Assembly: GCA_964036045.1 (NCBI GenBank) | Contig: OZ038378.1 | Coordinates: 197,904,001-197,968,000, forward strand | Direction: 5' to 3' | Origin: Eutreptiella sp. 'Long Island Sound 2002' | Lineage: Eukaryota > Protista > Euglenida | Length of the DNA: 64,000 bases | Part shown: positions 48,521-61,630 of the stretch, one piece after another | How positions within the stretch are numbered: the stretch's first letter is position 1 | Layout: every line of letters begins with the position of its first letter | Position numbers and translations under genes: made by a program | The notes under the pieces: generated by a model | Databases searched by the model: none | What the model saw: the letters and a program-made list of their open reading frames with translations, nothing else | Told to the model about the DNA's origin: nothing

Positions 48521-50574
48521 CTGAAGGCCAACCGGAGGGGGCGGGCTCGTGGGTGTGGCGCGGCGGGGAGGGGCAGGGGGTGGAGGGGGCGCTGAGACCT
48601 GGTGGTCTGTGTCCCAACATGGCCCAAAAACAAACTTGCTTGCCCCCCTGAGACGGTTGGTTGGGCGCCTCTGGGGGGGAGCGGGGGCTTGGGGCTGGGA
48701 CCGCACACAGTTCGACGATCAGGACAAACTGCAGTGCTTCAACTGAAGCACAGCAAACCGTTGTGCTCTGCTGCCGAGTACGTGGCCTTGGAACTGGCAG
48801 GGCGCGGCAAAGCAGAGGCGGTGGTGGGGGGATCAAGGGTGTTCTGAGACACGCGGATTGGCAGAATCCGGGGCTCACAAGTGTGGCTTGACTGATGGAA
48901 AATGGCCTGATCCAATATGCCCCACTTTTGGAAATTGCCCTTTGAAGAAATGGGGCGTGCCCTATTCAAATGGGAGAAACTCACAGAAAAATGGTTCTGC
49001 TCAACCCCTCAGAATCCTTTGGACAGCCTCCATCCAACGGAATGAGGAAGCCAGTGGTCTGGCATCAGCCCCTGCAAACCACCGAATTCTTCGCAGACCC
49101 TGAGAGTCCTTACAGCTCTGTCCCACTGACTGAGCGCTACAGCTCCGGTCACGTCCGTTGCCGTCTTTGCTGCTGCGGAGCAGCACCCGCTGTATCTGCA
49201 GCATGCCCAAGAGGCTTTCCACAGCAACAGCCTCCTGGCAGCAGCTGCCGCTACGTCTCATGAGGCCCCTTTGATGATTGCCAGCACACGGACGGACGAG
49301 GAGGTCTACAGGCAGACGCAGGCCCCCGTCAGGTCACATCTCCCGGCGTAGGTCGCCATACGTGGGCGCCAGCTGCCTTGGGCCTGCCGTGGGCGCGATC
49401 CGCCGCCGCTAAGCGGCAAATTCTAGCAACGGCAAATAGGTCCAACCCCCCTCCCTTAGCCAAGCACTGTACTGCACGGGTGGGTGGCTGGGGGGGACAA
49501 CGAGGCTGCAACCCTCAGCACCCAGAAAAAGCGGCATGTGATGCCCAGCACTACATACACGTGCATGGGTGCGGGGGGTGGCTTTTGCGGTTTTCCCCAC
49601 TGTCTCACGTCACCAGGTGGGCTTTGGCAGGCAAGCAAGGACACCTGCACCTATTTTGAGGGCAGCGAAGAAGCGAAGTCACAAAAACCAAAGATTGTTT
49701 TACACAAGGAATTTGGTTGCTGTTGATGGGGCATGGGGCCTCACCAAGGGCTCACACAGACCACAATCGGGCATACTATGGGTGCCAACCGCATCCTATT
49801 GGAAATTTGGGGTGCAAGATTTTTGATCATTCAGGAAACACCCTTAGCCCTTAAATATGAATTGCAATCCTACTTATTGCTGTTGTTGTCATACCTCTGT
49901 TTATCTTCGTGGTCAAACAGACACACCACAAAACCATATGCCAAGATAAAACGCAAGTACACAGCCGAACCAACAACTGACCGCAACACAGTGCAATCGT
50001 GTGCCGTTTGGACCCTGCGGGGCCCCACTCATCTGTGTGTCCCACACTCGGCCCCCCCTTCCTTGGGTTCTCCCCCGCTGGTTGGTCAGAAGGGATCACA
50101 ATCGCAGCTGTTGGGGTTGGGGTGGGTTGGGGAGCTTGTTCGGGGCTGGAGCGGGGTGTGCATTTGTAAGATTCGGAGAGGGAGCAGAGGGGTCTAGAGT
50201 TGTCGCGGGTGCGAGGGAGTACTCACGCCGTGCGTTCCTTGTGAGGTGATGATCCTCACAAGGCCGGATCATTCCGTACTGCTGCTTCCCCTTCTGCTGC
50301 GTCGCCCCCAGTTGCCCCAACAATTGCGCCGCAACACTGCCCCTTTTGTAGAGTTTGTTGGGAGAGCGCGGAATGGCTCGTGCCAGGCCAGGCCATCACT
50401 GCGTGAGTTTTGTAGAATCTTGCAAAGGGGCAGTGCACTACATTTTTTGCACCACCCGATGGAATTTTGAACCATGACACTGACCTATGCCAAGAAGCAT
50501 GGGGTTCTGGCATGCGCGCCGATCCCCAGACAATTACAGCCTGAAACCCTTCCAAATCCTTTCCCATTCTGCAC

Positions 50575-50685
50575 CTGCAGCCGCTGGTTGTCTTGCCGCA
50601 GACCTTCAGATTCCTGCGTCAACGCCCTTTGGCGGTCGTGTAATGCTGCATTCAGCACGTCCCCGGCCCTGAGCACTTCAGCACA
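50575..50685 (-). CDS. Exon 3 (111 nt) of the coiled-coil/PDZ gene
   Basis: ccatttcag|TGT...CTG CAG|GTGCAG, phase 0/0. Encodes CAEVLRAGDVLNAALHDRQRALTQESEGLRQDNQRLQ, which continues the coiled coil. Confidence 0.78.
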
Positions 50686-53600
50686 CTGAAATGGAGGCAC
50701 ATTGAGATGGGGCACGTGTCAACACAACACATGGAGGGTGCACAGACAAAGCAGAGATGGGGGGACAGCAGCACACATGGGCATGTGCAGAGGGTGCATG
50801 AGGGGCACAGCATGGAAGGGGTCCAGAAGGGCATCAAATTGGGAATGTGGGCTTTCAGAGGATTGAAGTTCACCTTGACTTGGGTTTTTGTTTTCACTCA
50901 GGGATAGGTACTTGTAAGCATCACGGGAGAGGCCAGACAATCTCATCTCATCATCTCATGGAGTACAAGCATGCTATGCACAATTTGAGGGGCGTGCGGC
51001 CAAAAGATGGACATGAGTGATCAGGTGTGCAAATGTTGGGTAATTGCATACCCCCCCCCAAAAAAAAGTGTACCCCGGGGTATAGATTTCGGCAGGACGC
51101 CCAATAACGCCAAGGGGGTATAATTTTTTTTGGGGGGAAGGTGCTGCATGTTCTTTTTCGCTTGTCATTCAGTTCTGTTTTGTGTTGGCTGCATGGAACA
51201 TTCAGATTCCAAATACTACATGAGGTAGACCCTATGGTTGATGGACTTTCTGATGACTTTTCTGAGACAACATCTAAGGAGCAGCAGAAATGTGACAGTG
51301 GGCAAGGGGATGATGGTGATGATGTGGAGAGTGGCAATGACGCCCATGGTGTGGACATGCGTGATGCTGATGACGTGCCACAGGCTGATGATGATGGTGA
51401 AACCGATAACAAAGGTACTAGGAAAAAACCCGTGTTTCCAATGTCAAGAAGCAAACCATAATCACCACTTTCTTCAAGAGAGTGACCATTGCAGTGGTGT
51501 TGAGATTGTACCCTGGATTTGTTCGTGTCGTGTTTCCTTGTACACGGCTGAAGGGGGTACAGATTTTGGCAAAACGCCCAATGTGCCTAGGGGGGGGGAT
51601 AAATTTTGGGGGGGGGGATAAATTTTTTGGGGGTATAAATTTTTTTTTGGGGGGGTTTAGCACTACCAAAGACTGATCCTCATAGAGAGACGCTAGAAAG
51701 CAACACGAGCAATTCATGGATAATGAGGTTGGTGCACATGATGGGACATGTAACGGATGCATCTATCCTCCTTTTGAGGCAACAAGCCTACGATGCACAT
51801 GCTGGTACGATGTACATGCTGGTACAACAACGCCCATGTGGAGAACATCTTTGCACAACTACAACTGGAAGGGTGTAACACCCCAAGGGAGTAACATGGC
51901 TCCTTGTAGTTATGGGGTCTTCGCAGCAAGTAGGGGTGGCATTGGGGTTCTCACAACAAGGAGGGGTGACTGCCTACATAACCCTTCCCGCACTCTAGTG
52001 TCTACAATAGAAGGTCGGTTGCTAATAGGACACCACAGTTGTTGTCGGAGGTGGTGCATCAATTGTATTCAGCTCACACACAAGATGAGCACTCCCCCAA
52101 GTGACCAAGGTTGAATTACTTTGCATGAAAACCCATCCGGTTGATTACTTCTTCTCGTGCCATTGTGTGCCATTCATCTTTGCTCGCCCACGAGTTGCCC
52201 CCCTTCTTCTGGTTCAATCCTAGTTTGAAATTACATATGTGGTTGAGAGAGGGGGCAACTCCGGTAAGGGAAGAAAAATCCAAGGCACCATGGAAGCATA
52301 GTTGGTGGCTTTGGCCTGCTTCTACCAAATCTGTGACTTGGCTTTTGAGCAGGCTTGGCGGTTGATTTGACGGCAAGATCGCTTGAGCTTCGGGAAGCAA
52401 TATCATGAGATGCCTGGCATCCGATAGAGCAAAGGCTTCCTCCTTAGCACCCTCCTAATTCACAAATTTGCAACCATCAAGCATACTTTGCTCAATCTTG
52501 TTAGCGGTTTCAACCATGTAAGAAGCAAAAAATATAGAGATTGTTCTTGCCCCACTCAACACAATTGAAGCACAAATCTGCAAACATATGGCATTTTACG
52601 GGTGATGTGATGGTCTATCACACATAACGTTTGGTGTCGCAAGGAATTAAAAGTAGATTGCACCGAGGTCTATGATAACACACTCGGACTAACCCAAACA
52701 CCGAAAAATTAATTTCACACCAAGGATTTCTAGTTCAGAGACGGGAGGATTGTGGTATCCATAGCATGCGTGGGTGGCGTGGCTGCATAGCCCTTGTCTT
52801 GTGGGGTCTACCCCATTCCAGTAATAGGGACGGGAATTAGCTACATGTTACTTGCCACATTAGGACCTGCAAAGGAAGGAACATAGGGATACCAAATTAC
52901 ATATGGAAATGGCATGCATTTGTGTGGCTGCAGAGAAAAATCCAATGGCAAGAAAATCTGCCACAGCACGTCATGGGGCAACAACCATGCAAAACAATTG
53001 GCTCAGCCAAATGAACAAGATGTATAGGTGTATAGGGCGTACAAAGCGAATCATATTCCCCCACCTATGCATAATGTCAATGAATTGAATACTATGCGAG
53101 TGCAAATCTACATGGGGGGTGTGATACACAAAAGTGGAGTACTTTGCTAATGGACAATTACGATTTGATACAGCCGGCCGTGTTTTGTGTGCATCTACAA
53201 TGTAGATGGCCCATACTTGACACAACACTGTTATTGTTATTGCTGCTCGCCATTCATCTCAATTTGTTGTTGTATTGACTGGACCGGTAGGTACATATTG
53301 TGTGCTATGAGAGTTGGATAGTAGCTTGCTCTTGACACATAACCACTTACCTTGGCAACTTTGGCCTCGTATTTCCAATTGCACCTTGGGCTCACAACCT
53401 TCACACTTAGGAGGTGCGCCCTCTCCTTGCCAAACTAGCCCTACATTCTCCCCGGGAGTATGTTTCACACCTATACCAAGCATCACCTTTCACCTACACA
53501 TTGCCTCGCAGCACTATATAGCACCCACAACACAATTCATTCACCACACTCCAAAAATGCATGCCATACTAGTGCCAGGGTTGCAAAATTGTCACCGATC

Positions 53601-55608
53601 TTGCCCTCTCGTGTGCTTTGCACACTCTCACTCTCTTAGATGTGGACCATACCAGCCTTGGTCACTATCCCTTGGCTAGAGAAATGCTAGTTCCAAAGGT
53701 TCAACGCACAAGGGGCATTGCTTGCCACCATTTGACATTAGCTTTTTTGGAGGGATGCATTGAGGGCGACTCGGGAGGTAGGATTGGGTTAGGTCGGGAC
53801 AAGCCTCTTCTAGTCACCTCTTGCCCCACAATCTGGGCCCCTAGACTTGACATACCTTGGGTGGACCCAAATTTCTGGTCACAAAACCTACCAAACTACG
53901 AATACCCCCAAAAACTGTGCCGGAGCAAGTATGGGCACAACATAGTAGCGTGTCTAGGTGTGCCGTGGGTACGCACACTGAGTGCTGAGGGCATCAGTGG
54001 CGGGGCAGCCAAAGTCCGACACTTAGACCACCAAGGGAAATGTGGCCTTGTGTTCCATTCGCTGCAACCACTAGGTAGCTTGTGTGCTAGACCAACCCCA
54101 CGAGTATGCCCTACTAGGCACATATGGGGGACATGTATAGCGGTTGTGGCACATTGAAAACCACACTCTTAATGACACACTTCACCTTGAGTTCCTATGG
54201 CCCATACTCCACATGAGCACAGCCGAGTGGTATGGCATTGCTTGAGGGACCCCAGAGTATGCTCAACACTACACTACCCCACCTCCTATGGCTGAGCCAT
54301 GCATGTAAACCCATGGCGCTATGTTCACCACAAACATGTGGCCCCAAGCAAGAAAGCAAGCCAGTAGTGTGAGACAATGCACAGTGTTTCTTCATGCGTG
54401 ATGAGCACACATGTGCATGGTCGTTGTGTCAACCTCTGTATAAGCACTGTTATCTGAATTGGATGGATAAACACATAAATAGACTTTCAAGTTTAAGGTT
54501 GTTGGACCAAATCCTGAACCAGTGGATGTTACTACACACCCATCCCCAATGCATTGCATGTGTGACATTTTGTGTGCATGTACCCTCTTTCCGGTCAGCT
54601 ATCTAGGGAATGTGTGTGCATGCACGCAGTTTACTAGGACCAGGGAATCTGTGTGCACCATCCCCCTTTCTGGTCTGCACACCCAGAAATTTGTGCGCAC
54701 CCACCGGCACTGGGGAATTTGTGTGCACCCACCCACCTGCTTTCCGGTCTGTACACCAAGGAATTTGTGCGCAAAAATGACCCGCATACAAACTTTCTGG
54801 TGTCTGGTCGGGCAGGGGTTAGGCATTCTTTTTGATCCTCCCCGCTCTGGGGACCCCATGGGAGTACAGAACGAACTAATAGGATGTTGTTTTTCGTTTC
54901 GATTTGTTTTTATTTCAGATACAGAGTTGGAAGCAATTGTTTTACTTAATTTGTTACTCAGTAGAATTTTCCTGTTTCCTTTTGAAACTGAGCAACAAAA
55001 TCCAAGATATGGCAAACCTGAGTGAAAAAGATTCTTTTTACTCAGTTTCAAAACTGAGTGGAAATTGTCGTTAAAAAAATTGTGCTACTCAGTTTCACCA
55101 CAGACCCTTCCTCAAGAGGAAGAGGGGGGGGGGGGGAGGAAGGTTTGGGCCGCGGTGGGCATCCGGAACGGGTTTGGACGGGGCAATGGGCTTTGTAACA
55201 AGGGGCCTCCGGAGGACTCAACACCCTCTGGCTCAGATTGGGGGCCGCATCTCCTCGCCCGGCGTACGCTGCCCCGTGCCCGCGGCCCCGTGCCCTGCCC
55301 ATGTCCCTCCTCGGCAACGCAGGCACAACTCATTGAAGACTGCAACCCCTTGGGGAGGCTTGGTGCATCCGAGTGCCCCCGGGCCACCGCAGGAAAGTTG
55401 TTCAAACGCTGTCCACGGGGGCAGGGTATCTAAACTCAAGCTTAATGGGTTGAACTTTGGTTTGATGTTCAACGTGTCAGCCCCTGCCCAGCTCATGCTC
55501 ATGGAACCCCCAACTAAGCACGACCAGGCGCACAAAATTGGGATTTTCAGCATCACCCCCCCCCCCCCCGAAGGATGTCTGGGCTATTGCACGTGTGCAC
55601 AAGCGCCA

Positions 55609-55931
55609 CCCTGTGTGACATTCCGTCTGGTTTTTGCTCCTTCACGGGGCCCTGGACGGTCACCCATTCTTCCCTTCGCATGTTGCGTCGAGTCGCTGCT
55701 TTCTGTCGGCCGCTGCGGCCGGTGCTCTTGCTGGTGTCGTTTCCACGTTCGCGGAGCCCAGTAGTTGGCGTGTTGGGACTGTGCTGAATGTAGCATGGTG
55801 TGCCGTTTGCGCGTCAGCGGCGCCCAATAATTGGCGTATTGAGGATGTGCTGGTTGTTGCCGGGGTCGTTTGACTGTTTTTGCTGTCCACACACCTCTGT
55901 CCACAGGCCGTCCATAGCCTGCCTCGCTGTG
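55609..55931. repeat. ~320-bp dispersed (SINE-like) repeat, copy 2, intronic
   Basis: Near-identical to 45824-46146. Confidence 0.92.
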
Positions 55932-56062
55932 TTTCTGTGCGGCCCAGGTGCCCTGTTCCCCCCCCCCCGGAGTTCAAAGGCGGTGCCCAAGTTCTGGTTC
56001 CGCCCTCCCAAATGCAAATGGCAGCCGTCCCACGGTGGGGCAGACAAAGGGCATGCCGTCAC

Positions 56063-56278
56063 CTGAGCCACGGACTGCTGCAGGGTCTCGGTCTCGATGG
56101 CCGCCCGCGCCTGGGCCTCGTCCCATTTGGTTTCCTGAATGCGGCTGCTGCGCTCCAGGCTCTCCACCGTCTCCGCGCAGGTGCGCAGCTCCAGGCCAAG
56201 GGTGACGATGCGCTGCTGCAGCGCCGCGTTGGCGGCGGTGTGCCGCTCCAGCAGCACCTGCAGGTCCTGCACACGCAT
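56063..56278 (-). CDS. Exon 2 (216 nt) of the coiled-coil/PDZ gene
   Basis: cctctccatag|ATG CGT ... GCT CAG|GTGACG, phase 0/0. Encodes MRVQDLQVLLERH...QQSVAQ. Confidence 0.87.
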
Positions 56279-56669
56279 CTATGGAGAGGAGGTTGTGTGG
56301 AGTGGAGGGGGTGGGGGCGACCACAAACGGGGGGGGGGGGGGGATAGTGCTCGGGCTGCGTGGAGAAGGCTGGGGGCCTCAAAAGGTCAGGTGTGGACCC
56401 GCCACTGGACTCCAGTCACCCCTCCCTTCACACGATCCTCGTGGTCTCGTTATTTCACCGGGTGACAATTTGCGCAATGTTCTGCCGCAGGAGCGCTTCG
56501 CGTGCCTTTCCTCCCTAAGAGGGTGTCACTGCTTGTGCCATTGGCCACTATACTGTTCCCTGGCGTCCCTGGTGTGCTGCGGTAAACCGGGTTGGTTGGC
56601 TGGAAGCTGCGTCGCTGCTGTGTCTGAGTAGGGGGCGAGAAGGCGGCGGCGGGGGCATTGGGGTTCAGG

Positions 56670-56840
56670 GAGGGCAAATGGGGGGGGGGGGGGGGGGGGG
56701 GGGGGGATAGGAGGGGCTGGGGGGGGGCCTCCGGGAGGGTCGGTTGGGGGGGGGGTGGGGGCAAGTGGGGCAATTCGGGGTGGTGGGGGGGGGGGGGGGG
56801 GGTTGCAGGTGGGGCGATTTGGGGTGTTGGGGGGGGGCAC
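56670..56840. repeat. Poly-G-rich low-complexity tract (G-quadruplex potential)
   Basis: Multiple long G runs. Confidence 0.85.
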
Positions 56841-57057
56841 AGGCTCCCCTTACCTCCCCTTGCCCTCCCTCTAACCATACCATCACCATAAACCCAACCC
56901 TAACCTTTGCAGCCAGCTAGGTTGGCCATGCCAGCCATGTTGATTGGGCTGAACAAGATCCCCCAAATTTCGTTCATGGCTGCTTTTGCCACATCATTGC
57001 TCCATTTTGGACCCCAACACTCACTCTGACCCTAGCCTAGGGTGAGAGCTAGGGCTA

Positions 57058-60000
57058 GGGTCACCGAGCTGGTGGAACCAGTCTTGGTTTTATAACCCTT
57101 TTTAGTGTCTAGGGTGGACCTACCAGGTTTAGCAGCAGCAAGCAAGCAAGCAGCAGCAAGCAGCACGCGCGAAATGGGGAAAAATCAGAACTCCGTCGTG
57201 GTGCTTTGGATTTGGTTGAAATTTTGGTGCATGATACCTATGGGTGTGAAGTACAATCACACAGAGTTTGAGCAAGAAACTCAACGGTGGCGGCCGGGAA
57301 CGGGATTCGCAAGTGGCGGACCTCAGTTTCAAAAACTGCAGTTTAGGGACAAAAACAGCCATTTTTGGGCCAAAAAAGCCCTGGAACACATTCAAAACGG
57401 CGAAACAAAGGGAAAGTGTGGGTACACTCCATGTGCAGCTTGACTTCCCCGTGTCAACGAGCTCTTTGCGGCCCTCTAACTCCATGATATGTCCCGGAAA
57501 CGGCCCAAAAAGGCCCCCAGAAGCTCCAAATGCCGACAGCCACAAACCAAGAATAGGCCATATCTTTGGCTACATGGCTCAAAATGCGATTCCGAGGGCA
57601 CCTACTCCACCCGCAACCCCCCACTTTTTGTGGTTTCCACCCCTCAGAATTGCCCAAACGGACGCCTAGACCCCAATACCTAGGCCCACTAGGCTGCGGC
57701 AAGCTGCAAGGTCAAGCCCAAACAGGTGGGTGCCCAAATGGGTCAACAGGGTCCAATAGGGGCAAAAAGATGACTTTTCTCAAAAATAATCCTACACCAT
57801 GTGTGACGCTAAAACAAGTGTTTTTGGACCGTTTTGAGCTTGTGGTGGCCCATTTTGCTCCTCTGAAAATCCCAAAATGCCTTGAAAATGGGTTGTTTTG
57901 GGACCAAAAATGGGTCAAAAATGGGTCAAAAACGAATTTTTCCAAACCTCATCCTAGACCATTTGGGGTGCACAAACGGGTGAAATGAGCCCATTTTGAG
58001 CCCATTTTGGGGCATTTTGGCCCCTTAGGAGTCCAAAAAGCCTTGGCACCCCATAATGCGTGAAACAAGGAACATGCAACACTTGACAGGCACACAATAG
58101 CCGCATAGAGACATCAATTTTTTGGTACAGGTATTTTGCAGGAAGTACAATGCATTGTACATATGCATCGATTTGCTCATAACGAGAGAAAGAGGAACGG
58201 GATCGCGGTGAAGCAAAAGCCGAGCGCAGACGTCAGATATCTGGTGGTTAGGGGAACACTGAACACACAATGACACAAAGCGGACTTTTTAACTTTTTTA
58301 TCTACCTATCACGCACAAGAGCAAATGTTGGAACTCATGCAGTCGAAAATGAATGGGATCGCGGTGAAGCGAAAGCCATTTGCAAACACATAAAGGGGGA
58401 GGGGAATACACAACCGACAGTGACATTCGTGCGATAATGGGATCGTGGTGAAGCGAAAGCCATTTGCAAACTCAAAAGGAGGGAGGGGAAAACAAAACAT
58501 GCAGTGACATTCATGCGATAATGGCATCACGATGAAGCGAAAGCCAGTTGCCAATGCAAAATGAGGGCAGGGGAATACGAAACACACAACCACATGCATG
58601 CAACCCTCAATCGCCATCCCCCAACCAATTGACTTTCCTCCACCCTAGTACGCACAGAAGCATAGGCACTACCCCACCAGCTCGGTCCCAATATTCAGTC
58701 TTGATTAGGGTCACCGAGCTGGTGGAACCAGTCTTGGTTTTATAACCCTTTTTAGTGTCCAGGGTGGACCTACTAGGTTTAGCAGCAGCAGCAAGCAGCA
58801 AGCAGCAAGCAGCAAGCAGCAAGCAAGCAGCAAGCAAGCAGCAGCACACGCGAAATGGGGAAAAATCAGAACTCCGTTGTGGTGCTTCACATTCGGGTGA
58901 AATTTTGGTGGATGATACCTATGGGTGTGAAGTACAATCACACAAAGTTTGAGCAAGAAACTCAACGGTGGCGGCCGGGAACGGGATTCGCAAGTGGCGG
59001 ACCTCAGTTTCAAAAACTGCAGTTTAGGGACAAAAACAGCCATTTTTGGGCCAAAAAAGCCCTGGAACACATTCAAAACGGCGAAACAAAGGGAAAGTGT
59101 GGGTACACTCCATGTGCAGCTTGACTTCCCCGTGTCAACGAGCTCTTTGCGGCCCTCTAACTCCATGATATGTCCCGGAAACGGCCCAAAAAGGCCCCCA
59201 GAAGCTCCAAATGCCGACAGCCACAAACCAAGAATAGGCCATATCTTTGGCTACATGGCTCAAAATGCGATTCCGAGGGCACCTACTCCACCCGCAACCC
59301 CCCACTTTTTGTGGTTTCCACCCCTCAGAATTGCCCAAACGGACGCCTAGACCCCAATACCTAGGCCCACTAGGCTGCGGCAAGCTGCAAGGTCAAGCCC
59401 AAACAGGTGGGTGCCCAAATGGGTCAACAGGGTCCAATAGGGGCAAAAAGATGACTTTTCTCAAAAATAATCCTACACCATGTGCGACGCTAAAACAAGT
59501 GTTTTTGGACCGTTTTGAGCTTGTGGTGGCCCATTTTGCTCCTCCGAAAATCCCAAAATGCCTTGAAAATGGGTTGTTTTGGGACCAAAAATGGGTCAAA
59601 AATGGGTCAAAAACGAATTTTTCCAAACCTCATCCTAGACCATTTGGGGTGCACAAACGGGTGAAATGAGCCCATTTTGAGCCCATTTTGGGGCATTTTG
59701 GCCCCTTAGGAGTCCAAAAAGCCTTGGCACCCCATAATGCGTGAAACAAGGAACATGCAACACTTGACAGGCACACAATAGCCGCATAGAGACATCAATT
59801 TTTTGGTACAGGTATTTTGCAGGAAGTACAATGCATTGTACATATGCATCGATTTGCTCATAACAAGAGAAAGAGGAACGGGATCGCGGTGAAGCAAAAG
59901 CCGAGCGCAGACGTCAGATATCTGGTGGTTAGGGGAACACTGAACACACAATGACACAAAGCGGACTTTTTAACTTTTTTATCTACCTATCACGCACAAG

Positions 60001-61549
60001 AGCAAATGTTGGAACTCATGCAGTCGAAAATGAATGGGATCGCGGTGAAGCGAAAGCCATTTGCAAACACATAAAGGGGGAGGGGAATACAAAACCGACA
60101 GTGACATTCGTGCGATAATGGGATCGTGGTGAAGCGAAAGCCATTTGCAAACTCAAAAGGAGGGAGGGGAAAACAAAACATGCAGTGACATTCATGCGAT
60201 AATGGCATCACGATGAAGCGAAAGCCAGTTGCCAATGCAAAATGAGGGCAGGGGAATACGAAACACACAACCACATGCATGCAACCCTCAATCGCCATCC
60301 CCCAACCAATTGACTTTCCTCCACCCTAGTACGCACAGAAGCATAGGCACTACCCCACCAGCTCGGTCCCAATATTCAGTCTTGATTAGGGTCACCGAGC
60401 TGGTGGAACCAGTCTTGGTTTTATAACCCTTTTTAGTGTCCAGGGTGGACCTACCAGGTTTAGCAGCAGCAGCAAGCAGCAAGCAGCAAGCAGCAAGCAA
60501 GCAGCAAGCAAGCAGCAAGCAGCAAGCAAGCAGCAAGCAAGCAGCAGCACACGCGAAATGGGGAAAAATCAGAACTCCGTTGTGGTGCTTCACATTCGGG
60601 TGAAATTTTGGTGCATGATACCTATGGGTGTGAAGTACAATCACACAAAGTTTGAGCAAGAAACTCAACGGTGGCGGCCGGGAACGGGATTCGCAAGTGG
60701 CGGACCTCAGTTTCAAAAACTGCAGTTTAGGGACAAAAACAGCCATTTTTGGGCCAAAAAAGCCCTGGAACACATTCAAAACGGCGAAACAAAGGGAAAG
60801 TGTGGGTACACTCCATGTGCAGCTTGACTTCCCCGTGTCAACGAGCTCTTTGCGGCCCTCTAACTCCATGATATGTCCCGGAAACGGCCCAAAAAGGCCC
60901 CCAGAAGCTCCAAATGCCGACAGCCACAAACCAAGAATAGGCCATATCTTTGGCTACATGGCTCAAAATGCGATTCCGAGGGCACCTACTCCACCCGCAA
61001 CCCCCCACTTTTTGTGGTTTCCACCCCTCAGAATTGCCCAAACGGACGCCTAGACCCCAATACCTAGGCCCACTAGGCTGCGGCAAGCTGCAAGCTCAAG
61101 CCTGCAAGGTCAAGCCCAAACAGGTGGGTGCCCAAATGGGTCAACAGGGTCCAATAGGGGCAAAAAGATGACTTTTCTCAAAAATGATCCTACACCATGT
61201 GTGACGCTAAAACAAGTGTTTTTGGACCGTTTTGAGCTTGTGGTGGCCCATTTTGCTCCTCTGAAAATCCCAAAATGCCTTGAAAATGGGTTGTTTTGGG
61301 ACCAAAAATGGGTCAAAAATGGGTCAAAAACGAATTTTTCCAAACCTCATCCTAGACCATTTGGGGTGCACAAACGGGTGAAATGAGCCCATTTTGAGCC
61401 CATTTTGGGGGCTTTTTGGCCCCTTAGAAGTCCAAAAAGCCTTGAAAGTGGGCCTCGTGGTGATGGGGTTCACTTGCAAGCTGATTTCACTTTGTCATAG
61501 CTGATGTTCCCTCCCCCACCAGCTCGGTCCCAATATTCAGTCTTGATTA
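57058..61549 (+). mobile_element. Head-to-tail array of 3 non-coding elements (1650, 1681, 1161 bp) with asymmetric terminal inverted repeats; Helentron/DINE-like non-autonomous candidate
   Basis: Units start at 57058, 58708 and 60389. ACCGAGCTGGTGG lies near each 5' end; its reverse complement CCACCAGCTCGGT lies 21 nt from each 3' end (58674, 60355, 61516). A CAGCAAG microsatellite sits near the 5' end. The array is directly seen; the superfamily is inference. Confidence 0.7.
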
Positions 61550-61630
61550 GGGTTAGGTGTAGGTGTAGGGTTAGGAGTAGGCTGAGGGTTGGGGGTGGGC
61601 ATTAGAGTCAAGGTTGGGTTTAAGGATAGT
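61546..61630 (+). repeat. Degenerate TTAGGG-like (interstitial telomere-like) tract
   Basis: ttagggttaggtgtaggtgtagggttaggagtagg...; similar ctaggg and ccctaa motifs at ~56870-56910 and ~57030-57060. Confidence 0.6.

Noticed and set aside
47088-48878. Several long overlapping ORFs on both strands (376, 397, 401, 198, 190 aa)
   Set aside because: They are shadows of the very GC-rich real exon; only the 47213 minus frame gives coiled-coil/PDZ sequence with valid splice sites.
49001-49420. Additional exons of the coiled-coil/PDZ gene
   Set aside because: No frame gives coiled-coil-like sequence with phase-compatible splice sites.
57105-61386. Recurrent 60-210 aa ORFs in the tandem array
   Set aside because: They recur only because the DNA is repeated; they have no recognisable motifs and their frames change with microsatellite length.
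58674-61549. Regularly spaced identical 36-nt junction sequences as a CRISPR array
   Set aside because: The intervening sequences are kb-long near-identical copies, i.e. a tandem element array.
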